From the NCBI GenBank assembly GCA_951812785.1, contig OX638335.1, positions 1,443,653 to 1,507,652 on the forward strand: a stretch of DNA of 64,000 bases. The letters run 5' to 3'. The notes beneath the pieces were generated by a model, which did not search any database, had not been told where the DNA came from, and saw nothing but the letters and a program-made list of their open reading frames with translations. This document shows, piece by piece, positions 1-12,887 of this stretch. Source of the stretch: an uncultured Gammaproteobacteria bacterium. Lineage in GTDB: Bacteria > Pseudomonadota > Gammaproteobacteria > UBA4575. The position numbers were made by a program, and so were the translations under genes. Position 1 is the stretch's first letter. Each line of letters starts with the position of its first letter.

Positions 1-738
1 GGGTAGTACTGGCAGCACTAACAAGATCATCCATTCAGGTTTATTACCTGACTCGAGCAAGTACTCAACCAGCTTAAGACGTTTAGAGAAACGCTTTAGT
101 TTTGCTTCTGAACGCGTATTTTCAATCTCTTCACGTAATTCAACTTTCTGTGACTTAAGATCGATTTGAAGCATTAATTCATAGATAGCTTCTGCACCCA
201 TGACGGCACGGAACTCATCACCATGCTGCTCAATCGCATCAAGGTACGCTTCTTCTGAAAGTAACTGCTTAACCTCTAGTGTTGTCATACCTGGGTCAAT
301 GACAACAAATGCTTCGAAATAAAGAATGCGCTCAATCTCGCGCAACGTCATATCTAACAATAAACCAATACGCGATGGCAGTGACTTCAAAAACCAAATG
401 TGTGCTACTGGACATGCTAGTTCAATATGTCCCATACGCTCACGACGCACTTTAGTTTGGGTAACTTCTACTCCACACTTTTCACAAACAACACCACGAT
501 GCTTTAAGCGTTTATATTTTCCACACAAGCATTCGTAATCCTTAGTAGGGCCAAAAATCTTTGCACAGAAAAGCCCATCACGCTCTGGCTTAAATGTTCG
601 GTAGTTAATAGTCTCTGGCTTTTTAACTTCGCCAAAAGACCATGACCGAATCATGTCAGGTGAAGCAAGCCCTATTTTGATTGAATCAAAATCTTCGGAC
701 TGGCCTTGTTGTTTAAGTAAGTTTAATAAGTCTTTCAT
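1..738 (-). CDS. rpoC: DNA-directed RNA polymerase beta' subunit, N-terminal part; gene runs off the left edge
   Basis: Minus-strand translation from ATG at 738 reads [12 protein letters not shown]...IGLASPD..CLCGKYK (zinc-finger Cys motif), the typical RpoC N-terminus. It lies immediately downstream of rpoB in the conserved operon. Confidence 0.9.
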   Translation of the reverse strand, partial: MKDLLNLLKQQGQSEDFDSIKIGLASPDMIRSWSFGEVKKPETINYRTFKPERDGLFCAKIFGPTKDYECLCGKYKRLKHRGVVCEKCGVEVTQTKVRRERMGHIELACPVAHIWFLKSLPSRIGLLLDMTLREIERILYFEAFVVIDPGMTTLEVKQLLSEEAYLDAIEQHGDEFRAVMGAEAIYELMLQIDLKSQKVELREEIENTRSEAKLKRFSKRLKLVEYLLESGNKPEWMILLVLPVLP

Positions 739-810
739 CGTGTCTCCTACAGAGTCTACGAACGTTTCAATTTAAATCGCAATTCGTCGTTCAGTTCTAA
801 TCGATCTACT

Positions 811-3800
811 CTAGTCGTTTTGCTCTAGCTCAATATTAATACCGAGCGAACGTATTTCTTTCATTAGAACGTTAAATGATTCCGGCATGCCTGCTTCCAT
901 CTGCTGATCGTTATCAACAATGTTCTTGTACATCTTGTTACGTCCAGCAACATCATCCGACTTCACTGTGAGCATTTCTTGCAAAGTGTATGCAGCGCCA
1001 TAGGCTTCTAACGCCCAGACCTCCATCTCACCAAATCGCTGACCACCAAATTGTGCTTTACCACCCAACGGTTGTTGCGTCACCAAGCTATATGGCCCAG
1101 TTGATCTTGCATGCATTTTGTCATCCACCAAGTGATTTAGTTTCAGAATATGCATGTAACCAACCGTCACTCTGCGTTCAAACTGCTCGCCGGTACGTCC
1201 ATTAATTAACTCTGTCTGTCCGTCTTCTGGCAAATCAGCCAACCTAAGCATACGTTTGATTTCATGCTCTTCTGCACCATCAAATACTGGTGTTGCCATT
1301 GGCACACCACCTTGCAAATTCTTCGACAAGGTCATGATTTCATCATCATTGAATTGCTTTAAGTCAACCTTAGTACCTTCATCTTGGTTGTAAACTTCAT
1401 CCAAGAAACTACGCAATTCTGCAGGCTTTCCATTGTTGTCCAGCATGCCTTGAATCTTCAGACCCAACCCTTTCGCGGCCATTCCCAAATGAATTTCAAG
1501 CACTTGTCCGACATTCATACGAGATGGAACACCCAATGGATTCAATACAATATCAACTGGCGTGCCATCTGGTTTATGTGGCATATCCTCCACAGGCACA
1601 ATCATTGAAATAACACCTTTGTTTCCGTGACGACCAGCCACCTTGTCACCTGGTTGCATGCGTCGTTTAACAGCCAAGTAGACTTTGACCATCTTTAACA
1701 CGCCTGGGGCTAAATCATCACCGGCAGTAATTTTTTCTCGCTGTTCAACTAATCGCTCTTCTGCGATTTCACGTTGACTAGCAATACTCTGAGAAAGCTG
1801 CTCTAAATTCTCATTGACAGATTCATCACGCATACGAATTTCGAACCAACGATCTCGTGATAACTCTTGCAAATAACCAGCAATGACTTTCTCACCAGAC
1901 TTCAACCCATCCGGACCACCTTCAGCCACTTTATTAGTAATTAAACGCTCTACACGACTAAAGATATCTTCTTCATGAATTCGCAATTGATCGCGCATGT
2001 CTTTTTTGACCTGCTCAATTTCTGCTTCTTCAATCTGCAATGCACGTCGATCTTTTTCCACGCCATCTCGCGTGAATACACGCACGTCGATGACGGTACC
2101 TTCCATACCTGAAGGAACGCGCAATGATGTATCTTTTACGTCAGATGCTTTTTCACCAAAAATAGCTCTTAGTAGTTTTTCTTCAGGGGTTAATTGAGTT
2201 TCACCTTTAGGCGTCACTTTACCTACCAAGATATCGCCAGGCTTCACTTCAGCGCCTACGTAGACAATTCCAGAATCATCTAACTTAGCCAACAAGCTTT
2301 CGCTGACATTAGGAATATCCACTGTAATTTCTTCAGCGCCAAGTTTGGTGTCGCGTGCCACGCAACTCATTTCTTCAATATGAATTGTTGTGAAACGATC
2401 TTCCTCTACCACACGCTCAGAAATAAGGATCGAATCCTCAAAGTTGTATCCATTCCACGGCATGAATGCAACTAGCATATTTTGACCTAGCGCTAGTTCT
2501 CCCATATCGGTAGAAGGACCATCCGCTAATACATCACCACGTGCAATCACATCACCTGGTCTTACTAGCGGTTTCTGGTTAATACATGTATTTTGGTTAG
2601 AACGCGTGTATTTGGTGAATGCGTATATATCAACACCGGCTTCGTCTGCTCGTGTTTCAGCATCATTCACACGAACAACAACACGACCCGCATCAACGGT
2701 ATCAACAACGCCACCGCGTTTAGCTACTACTGAAGCACCAGAGTCAATTGCCAACGCACGTTCAATCCCAGTACCCACTAACGGCTTATCTGCCCGCAAA
2801 GTCGGTACTGCTTGGCGTTGCATGTTTGATCCCATCAATGCCCGGTTAGCATCATCATGTTCCAAGAACGGGATCAACGATGACGCCACTGATACTATCT
2901 GCTTAGGCGATACATCCATGTACTCCACTTTGTCTGGTGTCGACAAAGCAAATTCATTTAGATGACGACAAGAAACCAACTCATCAATCAATTGACCCTT
3001 ATCATTCAGACTCGCATTTGCTTGAGCGATAACGTATTGGCTTTCTTCAATCGCGGAAAGATAATCAATATCCCCCGTCGCTTTACCTTTGGTTACTTTA
3101 CGGTACGGGGTTTCCAAGAAACCGTAATCATTGGTACGTGCGTAAATCGCTAATGAGTTAATCAATCCAATGTTTGGGCCCTCAGGCGTTTCAATTGGAC
3201 ATACTCGGCCATAGTGAGTTGGGTGTACATCACGTACTTCAAAGCCAGCACGTTCGCGCGTTAAACCACCTGGCCCTAAGGCTGAAATTCTGCGTTTATG
3301 TGTCACTTCTGATAATGGATTGTTTTGATCCATAAATTGCGACAACTGACTTGAACCAAAGAATTCTTTAATCGCGGCCGCAACAGGCTTAGCGTTAATC
3401 ATTTCTTGAGGCATTAAGCCTTCAGACTCTGCAAGCATTAAGCGCTCTTTAACCGCGCGTTCAACTCGAACCAAGCCAACACGGAACACGTTTTCCGCCA
3501 TCTCACCAACGCAACGCACGCGACGGTTACCCAGATGATCAATATCATCTACCATGCCATTATCGTTACGAATATCGATAAGCACACGCATCACGTCAAG
3601 AATATCTTCTTTACTTAGCGTACCTTCGCCAGTGGTTTCTTCACGACCTAAGCGACGATTAAATTTCATTCGTCCCACAGGGGAAAGATCATAACGATCC
3701 GCCGAGAAGAATAAATTATTAAATAGCGATTGTGCTGCCTCTTTTGTTGGCGGCTCACCTGGACGCATCATTCGGTAAATTTCCACCTGCGCTTCCAGCT

Positions 3801-4893
3801 TAGTAGTAGTCGAATCAATCGCTAATGTCTGTGAAATATAAGGGCCACGATCAATTTCATTGGTATATAAAATCTCAAACTCTTTGATGTCACCTTCTTC
3901 AAGCTTATGAATATTTTCTTCACTCAACTCTTCATTGGCATGGAAAATTAACTCGCCCGTTTCTTTATCAACAATATCATGCGCTATTACCTTGCCCATA
4001 AAATATTCTTGGGGAACGACCAAAGTTTTTAACTTCGCTTCCTCAAGTTGACGCACATGACGCATTGTAATTCTACGACCCGCCTCAACTAACACTTCAC
4101 CTTTGATCTCGATATCAAATGCAGCAATCTCACCGCGCAAGTGTTCAGGCGTTAATGCGAGCTCATAACCTTTCTTAGACACTTTAATTTTGTGGGTATC
4201 AAAGAATATGGAAAGAATTTTTTGAGTGTCGTAACCCAATGCACGCATCAAAATAGTTGCCGCTAATTTTCTGCGCCGGTCAATACGAACGAATAAACAA
4301 TCCTTAGGATCAAACTCCATATCCAACCATGAACCACGGTAAGGAATAATTCGCGCTGAATATAATAGTTTTCCAGAAGAATGCGTCTTACCCTTATCAT
4401 GATCAAAAAACACACCAGGCGAACGATGCAACTGAGAAACAATCACTCGTTCAGTACCATTAATCACAAAGGTTCCTGTGTCAGTCATTAGCGGAAGCTC
4501 ACCCATGTAAACTTCTTGCTCTTTTACATCTTTAACTTTCTTCTGGCTGGCTGGCACGTCTTTATCATAAATAACCAAGCGCACTGTCACACGCAATGGC
4601 GCCGCGTAAGTTAGTCCGCGTAGCTGGCATTCTTTAACATCAAATACTGGCTTGCCCAATCGGTAGCTCACATACTCTAAGATAACGTTGCCAGAATAAC
4701 TTTCAATCGGAAATACGGTATTGAAAGCGCCATGCAATCCAGTATCTGCTCTATTGTCAGCACTTGCATCTAATTGCAGAAATTGTCGATAAGATGCCAG
4801 TTGAATCTGAAGCATGTAAGGTACTTCAAGAATCTGTGGTCGCTTACCGAAGTCCTTTCGAACTCGTTTCTTTTCGGTGAAACTGTATTGCAT
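811..4893 (-). CDS. rpoB: DNA-directed RNA polymerase beta subunit
   Basis: 1360-aa ORF with a canonical RpoB sequence ([18 protein letters not shown]...). It sits in the rplKAJL-rpoBC context. Confidence 0.97.
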   Translation of the reverse strand: MQYSFTEKKRVRKDFGKRPQILEVPYMLQIQLASYRQFLQLDASADNRADTGLHGAFNTVFPIESYSGNVILEYVSYRLGKPVFDVKECQLRGLTYAAPLRVTVRLVIYDKDVPASQKKVKDVKEQEVYMGELPLMTDTGTFVINGTERVIVSQLHRSPGVFFDHDKGKTHSSGKLLYSARIIPYRGSWLDMEFDPKDCLFVRIDRRRKLAATILMRALGYDTQKILSIFFDTHKIKVSKKGYELALTPEHLRGEIAAFDIEIKGEVLVEAGRRITMRHVRQLEEAKLKTLVVPQEYFMGKVIAHDIVDKETGELIFHANEELSEENIHKLEEGDIKEFEILYTNEIDRGPYISQTLAIDSTTTKLEAQVEIYRMMRPGEPPTKEAAQSLFNNLFFSADRYDLSPVGRMKFNRRLGREETTGEGTLSKEDILDVMRVLIDIRNDNGMVDDIDHLGNRRVRCVGEMAENVFRVGLVRVERAVKERLMLAESEGLMPQEMINAKPVAAAIKEFFGSSQLSQFMDQNNPLSEVTHKRRISALGPGGLTRERAGFEVRDVHPTHYGRVCPIETPEGPNIGLINSLAIYARTNDYGFLETPYRKVTKGKATGDIDYLSAIEESQYVIAQANASLNDKGQLIDELVSCRHLNEFALSTPDKVEYMDVSPKQIVSVASSLIPFLEHDDANRALMGSNMQRQAVPTLRADKPLVGTGIERALAIDSGASVVAKRGGVVDTVDAGRVVVRVNDAETRADEAGVDIYAFTKYTRSNQNTCINQKPLVRPGDVIARGDVLADGPSTDMGELALGQNMLVAFMPWNGYNFEDSILISERVVEEDRFTTIHIEEMSCVARDTKLGAEEITVDIPNVSESLLAKLDDSGIVYVGAEVKPGDILVGKVTPKGETQLTPEEKLLRAIFGEKASDVKDTSLRVPSGMEGTVIDVRVFTRDGVEKDRRALQIEEAEIEQVKKDMRDQLRIHEEDIFSRVERLITNKVAEGGPDGLKSGEKVIAGYLQELSRDRWFEIRMRDESVNENLEQLSQSIASQREIAEERLVEQREKITAGDDLAPGVLKMVKVYLAVKRRMQPGDKVAGRHGNKGVISMIVPVEDMPHKPDGTPVDIVLNPLGVPSRMNVGQVLEIHLGMAAKGLGLKIQGMLDNNGKPAELRSFLDEVYNQDEGTKVDLKQFNDDEIMTLSKNLQGGVPMATPVFDGAEEHEIKRMLRLADLPEDGQTELINGRTGEQFERRVTVGYMHILKLNHLVDDKMHARSTGPYSLVTQQPLGGKAQFGGQRFGEMEVWALEAYGAAYTLQEMLTVKSDDVAGRNKMYKNIVDNDQQMEAGMPESFNVLMKEIRSLGINIELEQND

Positions 4894-4923
4894 TTAGCCT
4901 CCTCGTATCCGGGCTTTAAACTG

Positions 4924-4978
4924 ATTACTGAAAAACATCCGTAACACCAAACAGCAGCACTAGATGTTTTTCAGTAAT
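4924..4978 (-). terminator. rplL-rpoB intergenic attenuator/processing hairpin
   Basis: A perfect 16-bp inverted repeat (ATTACTGAAAAACATC...GATGTTTTTCAGTAAT) with a 23-nt loop lies between rplL and rpoB. This is the known position of the partial terminator/RNase III site. Confidence 0.5.
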
Positions 4979-5088
4979 CTTTATAACTAATTAATTAAAC
5001 ACAGCGCCACGGGCAAACACATGCTATGGATTCAGCCATAACATGTGTTCGCATCGCGATGCTTTTAACCACGTAAAGTGATGCAGCG

Positions 5089-5463
5089 TTACTTAAGTTC
5101 TACTTCAGCACCAGCTTCTTCAAGCTGCTTCTTCACGTCTTCTGCTTCGTCTTTAGTTGCGCCTTCTTTAACCGTTGAAGGTGCACCTTCTACCATTTCT
5201 TTCGCTTCTTTTAGTCCTAAGCCAGTGATAGCGCGAACTACTTTAATCACAGCAACCTTGTTGCCGCCGAAACTACTCATAACAACATCGAATTCATCTT
5301 TCTCTGCTGCTGCGCCGGCGTCACCGCCAGCTGCAGCTGGTGCTGCTGCGACAGCTGCAGCTGATACACCAAATTTTTCTTCCATTGCAGAAATCAAATC
5401 AACGACTTCCATAACAGTCATGTTGGAAATAGTTTCCAAAATATCTTCTTGTGATACAGCCAT
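5089..5463 (-). CDS. rplL: 50S ribosomal protein L7/L12
   Basis: 124-aa ORF with the Ala-rich hinge and a conserved C-terminal domain (..[11 protein letters not shown]..). Operon position supports the call. Confidence 0.95.
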   Translation of the reverse strand: MAVSQEDILETISNMTVMEVVDLISAMEEKFGVSAAAVAAAPAAAGGDAGAAAEKDEFDVVMSSFGGNKVAVIKVVRAITGLGLKEAKEMVEGAPSTVKEGATKDEAEDVKKQLEEAGAEVELK

Positions 5464-5508
5464 TTCTAAATGCTCCTAAAAATTTTAAAACCGTTAAGTG
5501 ACTTAACT

Positions 5509-6033
5509 TTAAGCTTGCTTTTGGTCGCGTACAGCAGCAACAGTTCGCACCATCTTTCCATGCGGCTCTGCCAAAGTGCGGACGAATTTCTCGACCGGCG
5601 CCTTCATTACTGCCATCAACATACTGATTGCTTGATCCTTCGTCGGTAAGCTTACCAATCGTTCCAGCTCTGATGCTTCTAGAAGCTGGCCACCAATGGA
5701 TAGCATTTTGACATTAAGCAATTCGTTTTCTTTACTGAAGTCCTTGATAACGCGAGCAGCTGAGCCTGGATCTTCTTGCGAAAACGCAAGAATCATCGGG
5801 CCAACTAAACCATCACGCATGCACTCGAATTCCGTTCCTTCTAATGCGCGCTTAGCAAGTGTGTTTTTAACCACTCTCACATACACACCACCTTGGCGTG
5901 CTTTTGTACGCAAATCAGTTAGAGCTTCAACACCGAGTCCTCGGTATTCGGCAGCAACGGCCGAATGTGCTTCAGCAGCAACCGCAGCAACCTCAGAGAC
6001 AACTTGTTTTTTGTCTTCCAGGTTTAGTGCCAC
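5509..6033 (-). CDS. rplJ: 50S ribosomal protein L10
   Basis: 174-aa ORF (MALNLEDKKQVV...) upstream of rplL. Confidence 0.93.
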   Translation of the reverse strand: MALNLEDKKQVVSEVAAVAAEAHSAVAAEYRGLGVEALTDLRTKARQGGVYVRVVKNTLAKRALEGTEFECMRDGLVGPMILAFSQEDPGSAARVIKDFSKENELLNVKMLSIGGQLLEASELERLVSLPTKDQAISMLMAVMKAPVEKFVRTLAEPHGKMVRTVAAVRDQKQA

Positions 6034-6329
6034 AGTATGGTCCTCCTAAGTTGTTCTTAAGCATGACTCACTTATTCTTTAAGTCTGCTCAAGAGTTACA
6101 CTCGCTGATAATTTCTTATCAGCACAATTGCAGTGTTCCAACCCAGAAGTAATTTCTGAATGGATCCACCGTCTACGTAGGATTCCGATCCCTTCTTTTA
6201 AACGACATACTCGCCATTCCTACGGTCTTTGACGGCCGTTCGAAATTAAAAAACAATTTCGAAACAGCCCAAAGTCTTTTATATAGCGCCTAAATTCATT
6301 AAGAATTGCACTACATCTTTACTAAAAAT

Positions 6330-7022
6330 TTATGCTAGTGCTGTTTGATCAACTTGCACGCCAACACCCATCGTTGACGACACTGAAACTTTCTTCAAGT
6401 ACACACCTTTCGCTGAAGATGGTTTAGCTTCCACTAAGTCACCTATCAAAGCTTCTAGATTTTCCACTAATTTTTGCGCATCGAAATCTACTTTGCCGAT
6501 ACTGCAATGCACAATACCAGTCTTATCTGCGCGGTAGCGTACTTGGCCAGATTTTGCGTTTTTAACAGCATCTTCAACGTTAGGCGTCACAGTGCCCACT
6601 TTAGGATTAGGCATTAATCCACGTGGACCCAATATTTGGCCTAATTGACCAACAACGCGCATTGCGTCTGGTGTTGCAATCACAACATCAAAATCCATTT
6701 CGCCTTTTTTAACTGCGTCTGCAAGGTCGTCAAAACCAACAATATCTGCACCTGCTGCTTGCGCTATTTTGGCTTGATCACCTTGCGCAAATACTGCCAC
6801 ACGAACTGTTTTACCTGTACCGTTAGGTAATACAGTTGAACCACGCACGACTTGATCAGACTTCTTAGGGTCAATACCCAAATTGACAGCAACATCGATT
6901 GATTCAACAAATTTTGCGTGTGCATTATCTTTTACTAATTGCATCGCATCTGTTGGTGTATATGCCTGCTCAGGATTAACCTTTTCGCGAGCTGCTCTTA
7001 TATTTTTACCTGCTTTAGACAT
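6330..7022 (-). CDS. rplA: 50S ribosomal protein L1
   Basis: 230-aa ORF ([15 protein letters not shown]...); operon position. Confidence 0.93.
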   Translation of the reverse strand: MSKAGKNIRAAREKVNPEQAYTPTDAMQLVKDNAHAKFVESIDVAVNLGIDPKKSDQVVRGSTVLPNGTGKTVRVAVFAQGDQAKIAQAAGADIVGFDDLADAVKKGEMDFDVVIATPDAMRVVGQLGQILGPRGLMPNPKVGTVTPNVEDAVKNAKSGQVRYRADKTGIVHCSIGKVDFDAQKLVENLEALIGDLVEAKPSSAKGVYLKKVSVSSTMGVGVQVDQTALA

Positions 7023-7024
7023 GA

Positions 7025-7456
7025 TTAAACTCCTTCTACCTCAAGCCCCATACTACGAGCACTACCGGCAATCGTACGCACCGCTGCATCCAAGTCTGCT
7101 GCCGTGAGATCGGGTTCTTTGGTTTTAGTAATTTCTTCAAGCTGAGCGCGAGTGACTTTGCCGACTTTATCTGTGTTAGGTGTACCAGATCCTTTTGGAA
7201 CGCCTGCTGCTTTCTTAAGAAGAATAGACGCAGGGGGCGTCTTCATAATAAATGTGAAGCTACGATCGTTATAAACCGTAATTACCACTGGGACAGGCAT
7301 GCCTTTTTCCAAACTCTGTGTTTGCGCATTAAACGCTTTACAGAACTCCATAATATTTACGCCATGTTGACCTAACGCAGGTCCTACAGGTGGGCTAGGA
7401 TTAGCATCCTGCGCCGGAACCTGAAGCTTAATGTAAGCTTCAATTTTCTTCGCCAT
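7025..7456 (-). CDS. rplK: 50S ribosomal protein L11
   Basis: 143-aa ORF ([44 protein letters not shown]...). Confidence 0.95.
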   Translation of the reverse strand: MAKKIEAYIKLQVPAQDANPSPPVGPALGQHGVNIMEFCKAFNAQTQSLEKGMPVPVVITVYNDRSFTFIMKTPPASILLKKAAGVPKGSGTPNTDKVGKVTRAQLEEITKTKEPDLTAADLDAAVRTIAGSARSMGLEVEGV

Positions 7457-7586
7457 TTTTAGCTCCTTACGGGTGCAATCGCGATGGCTCTAGTCCAACG
7501 CTCCCCGTGTAATGTTTAAAATTAGCGTCATCCTTTTTGAGGATTCCACTTTACTTCTTTTACTTCAATCGTTCTCTACTTACGTT

Positions 7587-8120
7587 TTAACCTTTCTCTA
7601 CCTGGCCGAATTCTAATTCAACTGGGGTTGAACGACCAAATATCTGAACCGCCACTAGCATACGGCTCTTTTCATAATTCACTTCTTCCACGATGCCATT
7701 GAAATCATTGAATGGCCCATTGGTGACGCGTACCACTTCGCCCGGCTCGAATAATACCTTCGGACGGGGCTTATCGACGCCATCTTGAATACGCTGCAAT
7801 ATCGCATCGGCTTCACGATCAGGGATCGGTGCAGGCTTATCAGTAGTACCACCGATAAACCCTAATACTTTAGGAACATCTTTCACTAAGTGCCATGAAT
7901 CATCATCCATCTCCATCTGCACTAGTACATATCCAGGGAAAAACTTGCGCTCACTACGCTTTTTCTGGCCTTCACGCATCTCAACCACTTCTTCCATCGG
8001 CACTAAAATCTCACCGAATTTGTCCTGCATTTGCAAACGCTCAATGCGTTCATGCAAATAACGCCTTACCTGATTTTCAAACCCAGAATAAGCGTGGACT
8101 ACATACCATCTTAATGCCAT
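7587..8120 (-). CDS. nusG: transcription termination/antitermination factor NusG
   Basis: 177-aa ORF with NGN and KOW domains (..[10 protein letters not shown].., ..[13 protein letters not shown]..). Confidence 0.93.
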   Translation of the reverse strand: MALRWYVVHAYSGFENQVRRYLHERIERLQMQDKFGEILVPMEEVVEMREGQKKRSERKFFPGYVLVQMEMDDDSWHLVKDVPKVLGFIGGTTDKPAPIPDREADAILQRIQDGVDKPRPKVLFEPGEVVRVTNGPFNDFNGIVEEVNYEKSRMLVAVQIFGRSTPVELEFGQVEKG

Positions 8121-8135
8121 ATCGCTACTCCTCGA

Positions 8136-8504
8136 TTATCCAATGATCATGCTCATGATCCAGCCCAGAAAGGTATCCAGCAACCAGAGAAATAACCCCA
8201 CCAGAACCACGACAACCAAAATTACCAAAGTCGTCTGCAGTGTTTCTGCACGGGTAGGCCATACCATTTTGCGAACTTCTGTTCGCGCAGACTGCATAAA
8301 TCCCATTAATGCACGACCTTTTGTCGTAGTTAATGCTATTCCTGCAGCAATAATTACAAACAGTAGTATACCGAGTACACGGTATAACTGAGGCTGATCC
8401 GCAAATTGATAAAACCCGTAAAAACCAACTAGCAAGAGAACGGCGGCCAATATTAGTTTGACTTTATCCATCCCGCTATTTGTTTGTTCAAGCGTTTCGG
8501 CCAT
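8136..8504 (-). CDS. secE: preprotein translocase subunit SecE
   Basis: 122-aa membrane protein lying between tRNA-Trp and nusG, as in the E. coli tufB-secE-nusG arrangement. Confidence 0.85.
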   Translation of the reverse strand: MAETLEQTNSGMDKVKLILAAVLLLVGFYGFYQFADQPQLYRVLGILLFVIIAAGIALTTTKGRALMGFMQSARTEVRKMVWPTRAETLQTTLVILVVVVLVGLFLWLLDTFLGWIMSMIIG

Positions 8505-8536
8505 TTTATTATTCCCTTAAATTCTTCTGCCACTAT

Positions 8537-8612
8537 TGGCAGGCCAGGAGGGACTTGAACCCCCAACCTACGGTTTTGGAGACCGTCGCTCTGCCAATTG
8601 AGCTACTGGCCT
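8537..8612 (-). tRNA. tRNA-Trp (anticodon CCA)
   Basis: Reverse complement AGGCCAGTAGCTCAATTGGCAGAGCGACGGTCTCCAAAACCGTAGGTTGGGGGTTCAAGTCCCTCCTGGCCTGCCA folds as a cloverleaf with anticodon CCA. Confidence 0.93.
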
Positions 8613-8639
8613 ATTTTACTCTTTATTAATCAATCTGGA

Positions 8640-9830
8640 TTATTCAACAATTTTAGACACAACACCCGCACCTACGGTACGGCCACCTTCACGGATCGCA
8701 AAGCGTAAGCCTTCTTCCATCGCGATCGGCGCATGCATACTCACTGCCATCTTCACGTTATCACCTGGCATCACCATCTCGACACCGTCCGGTAATTCAC
8801 ATGCCCCCGTCACATCCGTCGTACGGAAGTAAAATTGGGGTCTGTAACCATTGAAGAATGGCGTGTGGCGGCCACCCTCATCCTTAGACAAAATGTAGAC
8901 TTCTGCTTCAAACTTAGTATGTGGTGTAATCGTCCCTGGCTTACATAAGACTTGACCACGCTCCACTTCATCTCGCTTCGTACCGCGTAGCAAAATACCT
9001 ACGTTATCCCCTGCTCGACCTTCGTCTAGCAGTTTGCGGAACATCTCAACCCCGGTACACGTGGTCTTTGTGGTCTCCTTGATGCCGACAATCTCGACTT
9101 CTTCTCCCACTTTCACGATGCCGCGCTCAATTCTGCCGGTCACCACGGTGCCACGGCCTGAAATTGAGAATACATCTTCCACGGGCATTAAGTAGTCACC
9201 ATCAATGGCGCGCTCTGGCTCTGGGATGTAAGCATCCATCTCTTCCAATAACTTCAGCACTGATGGCACACCAATGTCGCTGGTATCGCCTTCTAATGCT
9301 TTTAATGCTGATCCTGTGACGATTGGCGTGTCGTCACCTGGGAAGTCGTAGCTAGACAGAAGATCACGGATCTCCATTTCAACTAGCTCTAATAACTCTG
9401 CATCGTCCACTTGGTCTGCTTTGTTCATGTACACCACAATGTAGGGCACCCCTACCTGGCGTGACAATAAGATGTGCTCGCGCGTTTGTGGCATGGGGCC
9501 ATCGGCTGCTGAACATACTAAGATCGCGCCGTCCATCTGCGCCGCACCGGTAATCATGTTCTTCACATAATCCGCGTGTCCTGGGCAATCTACGTGTGCG
9601 TAATGACGTCCATCGGTCTCGTACTCTACGTGAGCTGTTGCAATCGTGATCCCGCGCTCGCGCTCTTCTGGCGCATTATCTATGTCGCCATAGTCCTTGA
9701 ACTCGCCACCCTGGGCTTCCGCAGATACCTTCGTTAACGCCGCCGTTAACGTTGTCTTTCCGTGATCCACGTGACCAATCGTCCCCACATTTACATGCGG
9801 CTTATTGCGTTCAAACTTCTCCTTCGACAT
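8640..9830 (-). CDS. tuf: elongation factor Tu
   Basis: 396-aa ORF with [13 protein letters not shown] and NKAD motifs. Confidence 0.98.
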   Translation of the reverse strand: MSKEKFERNKPHVNVGTIGHVDHGKTTLTAALTKVSAEAQGGEFKDYGDIDNAPEERERGITIATAHVEYETDGRHYAHVDCPGHADYVKNMITGAAQMDGAILVCSAADGPMPQTREHILLSRQVGVPYIVVYMNKADQVDDAELLELVEMEIRDLLSSYDFPGDDTPIVTGSALKALEGDTSDIGVPSVLKLLEEMDAYIPEPERAIDGDYLMPVEDVFSISGRGTVVTGRIERGIVKVGEEVEIVGIKETTKTTCTGVEMFRKLLDEGRAGDNVGILLRGTKRDEVERGQVLCKPGTITPHTKFEAEVYILSKDEGGRHTPFFNGYRPQFYFRTTDVTGACELPDGVEMVMPGDNVKMAVSMHAPIAMEEGLRFAIREGGRTVGAGVVSKIVE

Positions 9831-9895
9831 CGATCTCTACCTCTTAAATATTATTAATCATTAAATTAAAAACCATTTTGGGCCCAGTATCTATA

Positions 9896-9970
<75 letters not shown>

Positions 9971-10101
9971 AATGTAATCTTGCCTGACCACTCCTATCCT
10001 TGGACGCTAATTCAACTTCCCTATTATATATTTTCGACTATATACAGTGTTTCTAAATTCAAACCAGCTATTTGCCATTACATCTTATATCAGCATATAG
10101 T

Positions 10102-10175
10102 TGGAGCGGGTGATCGGGATCGAACCGACATCATCAGCTTGGAAGGCTGGGGTTCTACCATTGAACTACACCCGC
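10102..10175 (-). tRNA. tRNA-Gly (anticodon TCC)
   Basis: Reverse complement GCGGGTGTAGTTCAATGGTAGAACCCCAGCCTTCCAAGCTGATGATGTCGGTTCGATCCCGATCACCCGCTCCA. Confidence 0.9.
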
Positions 10176-10189
10176 ATCGCACTAATTTC

Positions 10190-10274
10190 TGGTGGAGGGG
10201 GTAGGATTCGAACCTACGAAGGCATAGCCAGCAGATTTACAGTCTGCCCTCGTTGACCGCTTGAGTACCCCTCC
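10190..10274 (-). tRNA. tRNA-Tyr (anticodon GTA), 85 nt with a long variable arm
   Basis: Reverse complement GGAGGGGTACTCAAGCGGTCAACGAGGGCAGACTGTAAATCTGCTGGCTATGCCTTCGTAGGTTCGAATCCTACCCCCTCCACCA. The Tyr-Gly-Thr-tuf order mirrors the E. coli tyrU-glyT-thrT-tufB cluster. Confidence 0.9.
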
Positions 10275-10551
10275 GTACACAAAGCCGGCTATTGTCGATT
10301 AGATACAAGCCAAGTGTCAACAGAATAGTGACATTTATATCGCGTGATTATCCTGTAACTTCTACAATAGACCATATTTATATGCACGCCTGCTTATATT
10401 TTGCATCCAAAAGAGATATTCATGAGGTGATTTTTCAAATTTGATCCCAAATCAATACATTGGCTAATTAATCTAAAAAATGGGAATTATATACTTACAT
10501 TGACCCCAGAATGATTATTTTTTGCGATAACCCTTGATTCCTGGGGTCATT

Positions 10552-11469
10552 ATGAAAACAGCAAAAACAATATCGGTTAAAAAATTCTTTACCCTGTTCC
10601 CAGATGAGGCTACAGCAGTTTCATTTATAGAAAAACAGGTCTGGGGAAGTAATCAAAAATGCCCACATTGTGGTTCGCAAAGACACTATCGCAAAGAAAA
10701 GATACATGGGCATAGGTGTTTAGACTGTAGAAAAAACTATACCGTAAGAATAGGTACTATATTTGAAAAGTCTAAACTGCCATTGCGTGATTGGTTGTTT
10801 GCTATGCATCTAATGCAAACAAGTCGCAAGGGTATATCAAGCCTCCAGTTAAGCAAAGAACTCGGTATTACCCAGAAGTCCGCTGGGTTTATGTTACACA
10901 GATTGCGTGAATCATGCAAAATGGGTAATGGTATATTGCAGGGCATTGTAGAGATTGATGAGACCTATATTGGCGGTAAAGAGGAAAATAAACACGCCAA
11001 CAAGAAACGCAAGGGCTCACAAGGCGGGAGTGGTAAAGCCATCGTACTAGGAATGCGTGAGCGCGGAGGGCGCGTAAAAGCCATGCAGATGCCAATGCCA
11101 GCAATAACACCCTAAACAAGGCATTACAGGGCCATATCAAGCATTCTGCTACCATCTGCACAGACGAATGGCGGGGCTATTCAAGCATTAGTGGCGATAC
11201 CCATCACAAGGTCAATCATTCAGCCAAGCAGTATGTTGATGGATTAGCCCATACTAACGGCATAGAAAGCGTATGGGCGGTATTAAAGCGGGGGTTCTAC
11301 GGCACCTATCATCAATTTAGCACCAAACACCTAGATCGTTATGTTAATGAATTACCCTTGTAGGTTAAACAAGGGTAATTGTGCCATTGATACCATAGAT
11401 AGGATCAGTGCCTTGGTAAGGAATGCAGGCGATAAGAGATTAAGTTATAGGGAATTGATCGGGGATTAA
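10552..11469 (+). mobile_element. IS1595-family (ISXO2-like) transposase pseudogene with two frameshifts
   Basis: N-terminal zinc-ribbon (CPHCGS..HRCLDCRKNYTVRIGTIF) is followed by DDE-domain segments in other frames (..TDEWRGY.., ..GIESVWAVLKRGFYGTYHQFSTKHLDRYVNE.., ..IDTIDRISALVRNAGDKRLSYRELIG). The frame changes near 11085 and again near 11360. Confidence 0.8.
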
Positions 11470-11678
11470 GGTGCTATGAACCCAAAAGAATCAAAAGCCT
11501 TTAAGAAGGCCATTACCGAGATATTACTAGGTAATGGTAAGCGGGCCCAATACCAAAACAAAAAGCCGACTCAACAAGAATTAAAAACCCATTGGAAGTT
11601 GGTATAAGCAAAGAAGCCCCCAAAACGGGGATTTAAAGTATAAACTTCCACCAGGTTGAATGAGGAAATATTATCACA

Positions 11679-11818
11679 ATGGAAAATCACTCTGATTTTA
11701 CATTTATCACGAACGAAAAGGAACAAAATCTTCTTGAACGCTTCAAGGCGCTAATCTGTAGTAGCTCAGACCTGATCGTACCGTTACCGGTTATTGATAG
11801 GAGTCTGTCAGTTTAGAT
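11679..11818 (+). pseudogene. 46-aa N-terminal fragment of an unidentified gene, cut off at the IS481 end
   Basis: ORF MENHSDFTFITNEKEQNLLERFKALI... stops exactly where the IS481-family element begins. No continuation is found on the far side of the IS. Confidence 0.35.
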
Positions 11819-12798
11819 GTGAGCTAAATTCTTTTCAGCCCAAATCAATTTACCATCCATTAACCTGTCCATGGGTGTGCTACCACCGCCCATGTTGCCT
11901 TGATGAGTGCGTTCATTGTGATCAGTTTCTATCCAGTTGTCTCAATCTTGTTGTCAATCCTCCCTGGTTGAGTACCGTTTTTTCCTGAAGGTAATTTGAT
12001 AAAACTCATTCAGAGATGCCATGGGTTTGCGGTGATCAATGTCGTTAATGGCCAGGTATCACCGATCGTCATGATGCTCCACGCGCCCACAAGATTCTGT
12101 GCCTCTGTCGGTTAAACTACGTAGCATCGGCAAGGCATGCTTTTCAAAAAACGGTAGCACCTCATCAAAGAGTAGGTCTGCGGCGGTAATCGGCGTCTTA
12201 GTCGTGTAGAGTGCCGCAAAGGCGATCTTGCTGTAGGTGTCTACGAACGTTTGCGGGTATAGCCGACCAACACCTTTGAGGTGGCCTAGGTAAAACGTAT
12301 CCTGGCTGCCTAAATAACCAGGATGTGCCGTGTTAATCTCACCACAGGCCTCGTCATCCTGTTTCTGTTTCTCAAGGGCGGCGATCTGTGCATCGCTTAA
12401 GATAATGCCCTCCTTGGCAATTTCTTCTTCGAGTGCTTTGAGTCGTTTCTTGAAGTGCTCTCAATGATGGCGCAGCCAAACGCAACGCACACCGCTACCA
12501 GCGATCAACACACCAGTTCATTGCTGCTTCGATGTTGCCCAACCGCGGGCTGTTCAATCGCTGACGTCACCCCTGCATGTGCTGTGGCTTCATCCACACG
12601 GTTTTTAACATCGGCTGTTCTACGACTCTTGTCAATCCGTGAGTCAATGCCACCTTCTTCAACCCGCTCTTGATAACGATAGAATGTGTCTCGCGACACC
12701 CCCATGACTTGACAGGCGCTAGATACGTTGCCCAGTTCTTCTGCTAAGTTGAGCAAGCCCGCCTTGTGTTTAAGGATTGGATTGTTAGTATGAAGCAT
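11815..12798 (-). mobile_element. IS481-family transposase pseudogene (multiple frameshifts, internal deletion)
   Basis: Intact N-terminus MLHTNNPILKHKAGLLNLAEELGNVS.ACQVMGVSRDTFYRYQERVEEGG is followed by fragments (..LKALEEEIAKEGIILSDAQIAALEKQKQDDEACGEI.., ..GRLYPQTFVDTYSKIAFA..) spread over three frames, ending ..NLAHI*. Confidence 0.8.
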
Positions 12799-12887
12799 GA
12801 GAGTTACCTGCCTTTTTGGTTTGATTTAAAGATTTCAACACCTTTATCAAAACGGGTAACTCTCGCTTTTGCAACCCTTGTGGATTG

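Noticed and set aside
990-4197. Several 60-120-aa ORFs antisense within rpoB (990-1205, 1384-1608, 1997-2197, 2606-2965, 2962-3153) and within other housekeeping genes
   Set aside because: They are fully embedded antisense to highly conserved coding sequence, with no independent signal. They are standard shadow ORFs.
10500-10552. 12-bp near-perfect inverted repeat TGACCCCAGAAT...ATTCCTGGGGTCA immediately before the IS1595 transposase start
   Set aside because: It is probably part of the IS terminal region or a ribosome-binding-region hairpin. Without the other IS end clearly defined, no further call could be supported.
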